DNA of 64,000 bases, taken from the NCBI RefSeq assembly GCF_009914755.1, contig NC_060941.1, one strand, 5' to 3'. The stretch comes from the human T2T-CHM13v2.0 reference genome, Homo sapiens. The notes beneath the pieces were generated by a model. It was given only the letters and a program-made list of their open reading frames with translations. It was not told the origin of the DNA and made no database searches. A program made the translations under genes and the position numbers. Of this stretch, positions 53,401 through 64,000 are shown in pieces; within the stretch, counting starts at the first letter, position 1, and the number at the start of each line of letters is the position of its first letter.

Positions 53401-56400
53401 TTCAACTCACAGATTTGAACCCTCCTATGGATAGAGCATTGTTGAAACTCTCTTTTTGTGGAATCTGCAAGTGGATATGTGGACCTCTCCGAAGATGTCT
53501 TTGGAAACGGGAATATCTTCACATAAAAACTAAACAGAAGCATTCTCAGAAACTTCTCTGTGATGTTTGTGTTCAACTCCCAGAGTTTCACATTGCTTTT
53601 CATAGAGTAGTTCTGAAACATGCTTTTCGTAGTGTCTGCAAGTGGACATTTGGAGCGCTTTCAGGCCTGTGGTGGAAAACGAATTATGGTCCCATAAAAA
53701 CTGGAGAGAAGCATTGTCAGAAACTTCTTTGTGATGATTGCATTCAACTCACAGAGATGAAGGTTCCTTTACAAACAGCTGTTTCCAAACACCCTTTCTG
53801 TGGAATCTGCAAGTGGATATTTGGACCTCTTTGAAGATTTCGTTGGAAACGGGAGAATCTTCACAGAAAAGCTAAACAGAAGCATTCTCAGAAACTTCTT
53901 TGTGATGCTTGCATTCAACTCACAGAGTTGAACTTTCCTTTCGAGAGAGAAGCTTTGAAACACTCTTTTTCCAGAATCTGCAAGTGGACATTTGGAGGGC
54001 TTTGAGGCCTGTGGTGGAAAAGGAATTAACTTCCCGTAAAAGCTAGATAGAAGCATTCTCAGAAACTACTTTGTGATGATTGCATTCAAGTCACAGAGTT
54101 GAACATTCCCTTTGACAGAGCAGTTTGGATACTCTCTTTCTGTAGAATCTGGAAGTGGAGATATGGACCGTTTTGAGGCCTATGGTAGTAAAGGAAATAG
54201 CTTCATATAAAAGCTAGACAGTAGCATTCACAGAAAACTCTTGGTGACGACTGAGTTTAACTCACAGAGCTGAACATTCCTTTGGATGGAGCAGTTTCGA
54301 AACACACTATTTGTAGAATGTGCAAGTGGATATTTGGGCCTCTCTGAGGATTTCGTTGGAAACGGGATAAACCGCACAGAACTAAACAGAAGCATTCTCA
54401 GAACCTTCTTCGTGATGTTTGCATTCAACTCACAGTGTTGAACCTTTCTTTGATAGTTCAGGTTTGAAACGGTCTTTCTGTAGAAACTGCAAGAAGATAT
54501 TTGGACCTCTCTGAGGATTTCGTTGGAAACGGGATAAACCGCACAGAACTAAAACAGAAGCATTCTCAGAACCCTCTTCGTGATGTTTGCATTCAACTCA
54601 CAGTGCTGAACCTTTCTTTGATAGTTCTGCTTTGAAACACTCTTCTTGTAGAAACTGCAAGTGGATATTTGGTCCTCTCTGAGGATTTCGTTGGAAACGG
54701 GATAAACCGCACAGAACTAAACAGAAGCATTCTCAGAACCTTCTTCGTGATGTCTGCATTCAACTCACAGTGTGGAACCTTTCTTTGATAGTTCAGGTTT
54801 GAAACACTCTTTTTGTAGAAACTGCAAGGGGATAATTGCACTTCTTTGAGGCCTACCGTAGTAAAGGAAATAACTTCCTATAGAAAGAAGACAGAAGCTT
54901 TCTCAGAAAATTCTTTGGGATGATTGAGTGGAACTCACAGAGCTGAACATTCCTTGCGATGTAGCAGTTTAGAAACACACTTTCTGCAGAATCTGCAAGT
55001 GCATATTTGGACCTCTCTGAGGAATTCGTTGGAAACGGGATAATTTCAGCTGACTAAACAGAAGCAGTCTCAGAATCTTCTTTGTGATGTTTGCATTCAA
55101 ATCCCAGAGTTGAACTTCCCTTTCAAAGTTCACGTTTGAAACACTCTTTTTGCAGGATCTACAAGTGGATATTTGGACCACTCTGTGTCCTTCGTTCGAA
55201 ACGGGTATATCTTCACATGACACCTAGACAGAAGCATTCTCAGAAGCTTCTCTGTGATGACTGCATTCAACTCACGGAGTTGAACACTCCTTTTGAGAGC
55301 GCAGTTTTGAAACTCTCTTTCTGTGGCATCTGCAAGGGGACATGTAGACCTCTTTGAAGATTTCGTTGGAAACGGAATCATCTTCACATAAAAACTATAC
55401 AGATGCATTCTCAGGAACTTTTTGGTGATGTTTGTATTCAACTCCCAGAGTTGAACTTTCCTTTGGAAAGAGCAGCTATGAAACACTCTTTTTCTAGAAT
55501 CTGCAAGTGGACGTTTGGAGGGCTTTGTGGTTTGTGGTGGAAAAGGAAATATCTTCACCTAAATACTAGATAGAAGCATTCTCAGAAACTGCTTTGTGAT
55601 GATTGCATTCACCTCACAGAGTTGAACATTCCTATTGATAGAGCAGTTTGGAAACACTCTTGTTGTGGAATGTGCAAGTGGAGATTTGGAGCGCTTTGAG
55701 GCCTATGGTAGTAAAGGGAATAGCTTCATAGAAAAACTAGACAGAAGCATTCTCAGAAAATACTTTGTGATGATTGAGTTTAACTCACAGAGCTGAACAT
55801 TCCTTTGGATGGAGCAGGTTTGAGACACACTTTTTGTAGAATCTACAAGTGGATATTTGGACCTCTCTGAGGATTTCGTTGGAAACGCGATAACTGCACC
55901 TAACTAAACGGAAGCATTCTCAGAAACTTCTTGGTGATGTTTGCATTCAAATCCCAGAGTTGAACCTTCCTGTGATAGTTCAGGTTTGAAACACTCTTTT
56001 TGTAGGATCTGCAAGTGGATATTTGGACCACTCTGTGGCCTTCGTTCGAAACGGGTACATCTTCACATAAAATCTAGACAGAAGCCTTCTCAGAAACTTC
56101 TCTGTGATGATTGCATTCAACTCACAGATTTGAACCCTCCTATGGATAGAGCATTGTTGAAACTCTCTTTTTGTGGAATCTGCAAGTGGATATGTGGACC
56201 TCTCCGAAGATGTCTTTGGAAACGGGAATATCTTCACATAAAAACTAAACAGAAGCATTCTCAGAAACTTCTCTGTGATGTTTGTGTTCAACTCCCAGAG
56301 TTTCACATTGCTTTTCATAGAGTAGTTCTGAAACATGCTTTTCGTAGTGTCTGCAAGTGGACATTTGGAGCGCTTTCAGGCCTGTGGTGGAAAACGAATT

Positions 56401-58629
56401 ATGGTCCCATAAAAACTGGAGAGAAGCATTGTCAGAAACTTCTTTGTGATGATTGCATTCAACTCACAGAGATGAAGGTTCCTTTACAAACAGCTGTTTC
56501 CAAACACCCTTTCTGTGGAATCTGCAAGTGGATATTTGGACCTCTTTGAAGATTTCGTTGGAAACGGGAGAATCTTCACAGAAAAGCTAAACAGAAGCAT
56601 TCTCAGAAACTTCTTTGTGATGCTTGCATTCAACTCACAGAGTTGAACTTTCCTTTCGAGAGAGAAGCTTTGAAACACTCTTTTTCCAGAATCTGCAAGT
56701 GGACATTTGGAGGGCTTTGAGGCCTGTGGTGGAAAAGGAATTAACTTCCCGTAAAAGCTAGATAGAAGCATTCTCAGAAACTACTTTGTGATGATTGCAT
56801 TCAAGTCACAGAGTTGAACATTCCCTTTGACAGAGCAGTTTGGAAACTCTCTTTCTGTAGAATCTGCAAGTGGAGATATGGACCGCTTTGAGGCCTATGG
56901 TAGTAAAGGAAATAGCTTCATATAAAAGCTAGACAGTAGCATTCACAGAAAACTCTTGGTGACGACTGAGTTTAACTCACAGAGCTGAACATTCCTTTGG
57001 ATGGAGCAGTTTCGAAACACACTATTTGTAGAATGTGCAAGTGGATATTTGGGCCTCTCTGAGGATTTCGTTGGAAACGGGATAAACCGCACAGAACTAA
57101 ACAGAAGCATTCTCAGAACCTTCTTCGTGATGTTTGCATTCAACTCACAGTGTTGAACCTTTCTTTGATAGTTCAGGTTTGAAACGGTCTTTCTGTAGAA
57201 ACTGCAAGAAGATATTTGGACCTCTCTGAGGATTTCGTTGGAAACGGGATAAACCGAACAGAACTAAAACAGAAGCATTCTCAGAACCCTCTTCGTGATG
57301 TTTGCATTCAACTCACAGTGCTGAACCTTTCTTTGATAGTTCAGCTTTGAAACACTCTTCTTGTAGAAACTGCAAGTGGATATTTGGTCCTCTCTGAGGA
57401 TTTCGTTGGAAACGGGATAAACTGCACAGAACTAAACAGAAGCATTCTCAGAACCTTCTTCGTGATGTCTGCATTCAACTCACAGTGTGGAACCTTTCTT
57501 TGATAGTTCAGGTTTGAAACACTCTTTTTGTAGAAACTGCAAGGGGATAATTGCACTTCTTTGAGGCCTACCGTAGTAAAGGAAATAACTTCCTATAGAA
57601 AGAAGACAGAAGCTTTCTCAGAAAATTCTTTGGGATGATTGAGTGGAACTCACAGAGCTGAACATTCCTTGCGATGTAGCAGTTTAGAAACACACTTTCT
57701 GCAGAATCTGCAAGTGCATATTTGGACCTCTCTGAGGAATTCGTTGGAAACGGGATAATTTCAGCTGACTAAACAGAAGCAGTCTCAGAATCTTCTTTGT
57801 GATGTTTGCATTCAAATCCCAGAGTTGAACTTCCCTTTCAAAGTTCACGTTTGAAACACTCTTTTTGCAGGATCTACAAGTGGATATTTGGACCACTCTG
57901 TGTCCTTCGTTTGAAACGGGTATATCTTCACATGACATCTAGACAGAAGCATTCTCAGAAGCTTCTCTGTGATGACTGCATTCAACTCACGGAGTTGAAC
58001 ACTCCTTTTGAGAGCGCAGTTTTGAAACTCTCTTTCTGTGGCATCTGCAAGGGGACATGTAGACCTCTTTGAAGATTTCGTTGGAAACGGAATCATCTTC
58101 ACATAAAAACTATACAGATGCATTCTCAGGAACTTTTTGGTGATGTTTGTATTCAACTCCCAGAGTGGAACTTTCCTTTGGAAAGAGCAGCTATGAAACA
58201 CTCTTTTTCTAGAATCTGCAAGTGGACGTTTGGAGGGCTTTGTGGTTTGTGGTGGAAAAGGAAATATCTTCACCTAAATACTAGATAGAAGCATTCTCAG
58301 AAACTGCTTTGTGATGATTGCATTCACCTCACAGAGTTGAACATTCCTATTGATAGAGCAGTTTGGAAACACTCTTGTTGTGGAATGTGCAAGTGGAGAT
58401 TTGGAGCGCTTTGAGGCCTATGGTAGTAAAGGGAATAGCTTCATAGAAAAACTAGACAGAAGCATTCTCAGAAAATACTTTGTGATGATTGAGTTTAACT
58501 CACAGAGCTGAACATTCCTTTGGATGGAGCAGGTTTGAGACACACTTTTTGTAGAATCTACAAGTGGATATTTGGACCTCTCTGAGGATTTCGTTGGAAA
58601 CGCGATAACTGCACCTAACTAAACGGAAG
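50485..58629 (+). repeat. Three closely related 16-mers (HOR20-22)
   Basis: Starts 50485, 53200, 55915; shared private alleles such as CAGCTGTTTCCAAACACCCT and GCAAGAAGAT. Confidence 0.95.
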
Positions 58630-61600
58630 CATTCTCAGAAACTTCTTGGTGATGTTTGCATTCAAATCCCAGAGTTGAACCTTCCTGTGATAGTTCAGGT
58701 TTGAAACACTCTTTTTGTAGGATCTGCAAGTGGATATTTGGACCACTCTGTGGCCTTCGTTCGAAACGGGTACATCTTCACATAAAATCTAGACAGAAGC
58801 CTTCTCAGAAACTTCTCTGTGATGATTGCATTCAACTCACAGATTTGAACCCTCCTATGGATAGAGCATTGTTGAAACTCTCTTTTTGTGGAATCTGCAA
58901 GTGGATATGTGGACCTCTCCGAAGATGTCTTTGGAAACGGGAATATCTTCACATAAAAACTAAACAGAAGCATTCTCAGAAACTTCTCTGTGATGTTTGT
59001 GTTCAACTCCCAGAGTTTCACATTGCTTTTCATAGAGTAGTTCTGAAACATGCTTTTCATAGTGTCTGCAAGTGGACATTTGGAGCGCTTTCAGGCCTGT
59101 GGTGGAAAACGAATTATGGTCCCATAAAAACTGGAGAGAAGCATTGTCAGAAACTTCTTTGTGATGATTGCATTCAACTCACAGAGATGAAGGTTCCTTT
59201 ACAAACAGCAGTTTCCAAACACTCTTTCTGTGGAATCTGCAAGTGGATATTTGGACCTCTTTGAAGATTTCGTTGGAAACGGGAGAATCTTCACAGAAAA
59301 GCTAAACAGAAGCATTCTCAGAAACTTCTTTGTGATGCTTGCATTCAACTCACGGAGTTGAACTTTCCTTTCGAGAGAGAAGCTTTGAAACACTCTTTTT
59401 CCAGAATCTGCAAGTGGACATTTGGAGGGCTTTGAGGCCTGTGGTGGAAAAGGAATTAACTTCCCGTAAAAGCTAGATAGAAGCATTCTCAGAAACTACT
59501 TTGTGATGATTGCATTCAAGTCACAGAGTTGAACATTCCCTTTGACAGAGCAGTTTGGAAACTCTCTTTCTGTAGAATCTGCAAGTGGAGATATGGACCG
59601 CTTTGAGGCCTATGGTAGTAAAGGAAATAGCTTCATATAAAAGCTAGACAGTAGCATTCACAGAAAACTCTTGGTGACGACTGAGTTTAACTCACAGAGC
59701 TGAACATTCCTTTGGATGGAGCAGTTTCGAAACACACTATTTGTAGAATGTGCAAGTGGATATTTGGGCCTCTCTGAGGATTTCGTTGGAAACGGGATAA
59801 ACCGCACAGAACTAAAACAGAAGCATTCTCAGAACCCTCTTCGTGATGTTTGCATTCAACTCACAGTGCTGAACCTTTCTTTGATAGTTCAGCTTTGAAA
59901 CATTCTTCTTGTAGAAACTGCAAGTGGATATTTGGTCCTCTCTGAGGATTTCGTTGGAAACGGGATAAACCGCACAGAACTAAACAGAAGCATTCTCAGA
60001 ACCTTCTTCGTGATGTCTGCATTCAACTCACAGTGTGGAACCTTTCTTTGATAGTTCAGGTTTGAAACACTCTTTTTGTAGAAACTGCAAGGGGATAATT
60101 GCACTTCTTTGAGGCCTACCGTAGTAAAGGAAATAACTTCCTATAGAAAGAAGACAGAAGCTTTCTCAGAAAATTCTTTGGGATGATTGAGTGGAACTCA
60201 CAGAGCTGAACATTCCTTGCGATGTAGCAGTTTAGAAACACACTTTCTGCAGAATCTGCAAGTGCATATTTGGACCTCTCTGAGGAATTCGTTGGAAACG
60301 GGATAATTTCAGCTGACTAAACAGAAGCAGTCTCAGAATCTTCTTTGTGATGTTTGCATTCAAATCCCAGAGTTGAACTTTCCTTTCAAAGTTCACGTTT
60401 GAAACACTCTTTTTGCAGGATCTACAAGTGGATATTTGGACCACTCTGTGTCCTTCGTTCGAAACGGGTATATCTTCACATGACATCTAGACAGAAGCAT
60501 TCTCAGAAGCTTCTCTGTGATGACTGCATTCAACTCACGGAGTTGAACACTCCTTTTGAGAGCGCAGTTTTGAAACTCTCTTTCTGTGGCATCTGCAAGG
60601 GGACATGTAGACCTCTTTGAAGATTTCGTTGGAAACGGAATCATCTTCACATAAAAACTATACAGATGCATTCTCAGGAACTTTTTGGTGATGTTTGTAT
60701 TCAACTCCCAGAGTGGAACTTTCCTTTGGAAAGAGCAGCTATGAAACACTCTTTTTCTAGAATCTGCAAGTGGACGTTTGGAGGGCTTTGTGGTTTGTGG
60801 TGGAAAAGGAAATATCTTCACCTAAATACTAGATAGAAGCATTCTCAGAAACTGCTTTGTGATGATTGCATTCACCTCACAGAGTTGAACATTCCTATTG
60901 ATAGAGCAGTTTGGAAACACTCTTGTTGTGGAATGTGCAAGTGGAGATTTGGAGTGCTTTGAGGCCTATGGTAGTAAAGGGAATAGCTTCATAGAAAAAC
61001 TAGACAGAAGCATTCTCAGAAAATACTTTGTGATGATTGAGTTTAACTCACAGAGCTGAACATTCCTTTGGATGGAGCAGGTTTGAGACACACTTTTTGT
61101 AGAATCTACAAGTGGATATTTGGACCTCTCTGAGGATTTCGTTGGAAACGCGATAACTGCACCTAACTAAACGGAAGCATTCTCAGAAACTTCTTGGTGA
61201 TGTTTGCATTCAAATCCCAGAGTTGAACCTTCCTGTGATAGTTCAGGTTTGAAACACTCTTTTTGTAGGATCTGCAAGTGGATATTTGGACCACTCTGTG
61301 GCCTTCGTTCGAAACGGGTACATCTTCACATAAAATCTAGACAGAAGCCTTCTCAGAAACTTCTCTGTGATGATTGCATTCAACTCACAGATTTGAACCC
61401 TCCTATGGATAGAGCATTGTTGAAACTCTCTTTTTGTGGAATCTGCAAGTGGATATGTGGACCTCTCCGAAGATGTCTTTGGAAACGGGAATATCTTCAC
61501 ATAAAAACTAAACAGAAGCATTCTCAGAAACTTCTCTGTGATGTTTGTGTTCAACTCCCAGAGTTTCACATTGCTTTTCATAGAGTAGTTCTGAAACATG

Positions 61601-63725
61601 CTTTTCGTAGTGTCTGCAAGTGGACATTTGGAGCGCTTTCAGGACTGTGGTGCAAAACGAATTATGGTCCCATAAAAACTGGAGAGAAGCATTGTCAGAA
61701 ACTTCTTTGTGATGATTGCATTCAACCCACAGAGATGAAGGTTCCTTTTCAAACAGCAGTTTCCAAACAGTCTTTCTGTGGAATCTGCAAGTGGATATTT
61801 GGACCTCTTTGAAGATTTCGTTGGAAACGGGAGAATCTTCACAGAAAAGCTAAACAGAAGCATTCTCAGAAACTTCTTTGTGATGCTTGCATTCAACTCA
61901 CAGAGTTGAACTTTCCTTTCGAGAGAGAAGCTTTGAAACACTCTTTTTCCAGAATCTGCAAGTGGACATTTGGAGGGCTTTGAGGCCTGTGGTGGAAAAG
62001 GAATTAACTTCCCGTAAAAGCTAGATAGAAGCATTCTCAGAAACTACTTTGTGATGATTGCATTCAAGTCACAGAGTTGAACATTCCCTTTGACAGAGCA
62101 GTTTGGAAACTCTCTTTGTGTAGAATCTGCAAGTGGAGATATGGACCGCTTTGAGGCCTATGGTAGTAAAGGAAATAGCTTCATATAAAAGCTAGACAGT
62201 AGCATTCACAGAAAACTCTTGGTGACGACTGAGTTTAACTCACAGAGCTGAACATTCCTTTGGATGGAGCAGTTTCGAAACACACTATTTGTAGAATGTG
62301 CAAGTGGATATTTGGGCCTCTCTGAGGATTTCGTTGGAAACGGGATAAACCGCACAGAACTAAAACAGAAGCATTCTCAGAACCCTCTTCGTGATGTTTG
62401 CATTCAACTCACAGTGCTGAACCTTTCTTTGATAGTTCAGCTTTGAAACACTCTTCTTGTAGAAACTGCAAGTGGATATTTGGTCCTCTCTGAGGATTTC
62501 GTTGGAAACGGGATAAACCGCACAGAACTAAACAGAAGCATTCTCAGAACCTTCTTCGTGATGTCTGCATTCAACTCACAGTGTGGAACCTTTCTTTGAT
62601 AGTTCAGGTTTGAAACACTCTTTTTGTAGAAACTGCAAGGGGATAATTGCACTTCTTTGAGGCCTACCGTAGTAAAGGAAATAACTTCCTATAGAAAGAA
62701 GACAGAAGCTTTCTCAGAAAATTCTTTGAAATGATTGAGTGGAACTCACAGAGCTGAACATTCCTTGCGATGTAGCAGTTTAGAAACACACTTTCTGCAG
62801 AATCTGCAAGTGCATATTTGGACCTCTCTGAGGAATTCGTTGGAAACGGGATAATTTCAGCTGACTAAACAGAAGCAGTCTCAGAATCTTCTTTGTGGTG
62901 TTTGCATTCAAATCCCAGAGTTGAACTTTCCTTTCAAAGTTCACGTTTGAAACACTCTTTTTGCAGGATCTACAAGTGGATATTTGGACCACTCTGTGTC
63001 CTTCGTTCGAAACGGGTATATCTTCACATGACATCTCGACAGAAGCATTCTCAGAAGCTTCTCTGTGATGACTGCATTCAACTCACGGAGTTGATCACTC
63101 CTTTTGAGAGCGCAGTTTTGAAACTCTCTTTCTGTGGCATCTGCAAGGGGACATGTAGACCTCTTTGAAGATTTCGTTGGAAACGGAATCATCTTCACAT
63201 AAAAACTATACAGATGCATTCTCAGGAACTTTTTGGTGATGTTTGTATTCAACTCCCAGAGTTGAACTTTCCTTTGGAAAGAGCAGCTATGAAACACTCT
63301 TTTTCTAGAATCTGCAAGTGGACGTTTGGAGGGCTTTGTGGTTTGTGGTGGAAAAGGAAATATCTTCACCTAAATACTAGATACAAGCATTCTCAGAAAC
63401 TGCTTTGTGATGATTGCATTCACCTCACAGAGTTGAACATTCCTATTGATAGAGCAGTTTGGAAACACTCTTGTTGTGGAATGTGCAAGTGGAGATTTGG
63501 AGCGCTTTGAGGCCTATGGTAGTAAAGGGAATAGCTTCATAGAAAAACTAGACAGAAGCATTCTCAGAAAATACTTTGTGATGATTGAGTTTAACTCACA
63601 GAGCTGAACATTCCTTTGGATGGAGCAGGTTTGAGACACACTTTTTGTAGAATCTACAAGTGGATATTTGGACCTCTCTGAGGATTTCGTTGGAAACGCG
63701 ATAACTGCACCTAACTAAACGGAAG
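58630..63725 (+). repeat. Two 15-mer HORs (HOR23-24, 2,548 bp each), m7/m8 fusion
   Basis: Starts 58630 and 61178; m8 body absent; junction reads TTTGGGCCTC...GAACTAAAACAG. Confidence 0.93.
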
Positions 63726-64000
63726 CATTCTCAGAAACTTCTTGGTGATGTTTGCATTCAAATCCCAGAGTTGAACCTTCCTGTGATAGTTCAGGTTTGA
63801 AACACTCTTTTTGTAGGATCTGCAAGTGGATATTTGGACCACTCTGTGGCCTTCGTTCGAAACGGGTACATCTTCACATAAAATCTAGACAGAAGCCTTC
63901 TCAGAAACTTCTCTGTGATGATTGCATTCAACTCACAGATTTGAACCCTCCTATGGATAGAGCATTGTTGAAACTCTCTTTTTGTGGAATCTGCAAGTGG
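63726..64000 (+). repeat. Start of the next HOR (partial, m1 and part of m2)
   Basis: Matches 82-356; the array continues past the window edge. Confidence 0.95.

Larger units (their letters stand above)
1..64000 (+). repeat. D17Z1: Alpha satellite higher-order repeat array, 16-mer / 2,715 bp, chromosome 17 D17Z1 type (SF3 pentameric family)
   Basis: Seen: alpha satellite motifs (CATTCTCAGAAACT, TTTGAAACACTCTTT, CTGCAAGTGGATATTTGG) every 167-171 bp; the ORF track recurs at exact 2,715-bp steps (108, 2823, 5538...); one GAATTC per unit (1904-1909 in HOR1). Established: D17Z1 is a 2.7-kb EcoRI 16-mer with 15-mer and 14-mer variants. Alpha satellite is certain; the D17Z1 assignment is from recognition, not a database search. 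Confidence 0.95.

Noticed and set aside
147-63510. All other short ORFs on both strands (60-142 aa)
   Set aside because: They overlap each other on opposite strands, appear and disappear with single substitutions, and are typical spurious alpha satellite translations; no splice, promoter or coding signal is supportable.
1-64000. L1/Alu insertion, inversion, or the 13-mer HOR variant
   Set aside because: Every unit length (2,715, 2,714, 2,546-2,548, 2,377) is accounted for by whole monomers plus 1-bp indels; orientation never flips; no poly-A tail or foreign sequence; no unit of about 2.2 kb.
1-64000. A previously undescribed gene-based biological system
   Set aside because: Nothing other than alpha satellite is present; the observable novelty is limited to array variation.

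Overview
The whole 64-kb window is primate centromeric alpha satellite: about 375 head-to-tail monomers of 167-171 bp, all in one orientation, organised as a 16-monomer higher-order repeat (HOR) of 2,715 bp. The unit length, the single EcoRI site per unit and the pentamer-derived monomer order (W1 W2 W3 W4 W3 W4 W5 W1 W1 W1 W5 W1 W2 W3 W4 W5) match the human chromosome 17 array D17Z1 (suprachromosomal family 3). I number monomers m1-m16 myself, starting each at the CATTCTCAG motif (HOR1 starts: 82, 252, 423, 594, 765, 936, 1107, 1275, 1443, 1610, 1780, 1947, 2117, 2288, 2459, 2630); this is not the published numbering. There are 24 complete HORs: 17 16-mers, five 15-mers (three distinguishable junctions) and two 14-mers. 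A standard unit has 7 core-intact CENP-B boxes. I see no gene, RNA gene, transposon insertion, inversion or CRISPR array; the listed ORFs are by-products of the repeat. I find no previously undescribed gene system here. What deserves a second look is the internal evolutionary structure: recurrent deletion junctions, a divergent HOR haplotype patch at about 41.7-48.5 kb, local duplications, and CENP-B box gains and losses. All variant calls were made by eye and need confirmation by alignment.
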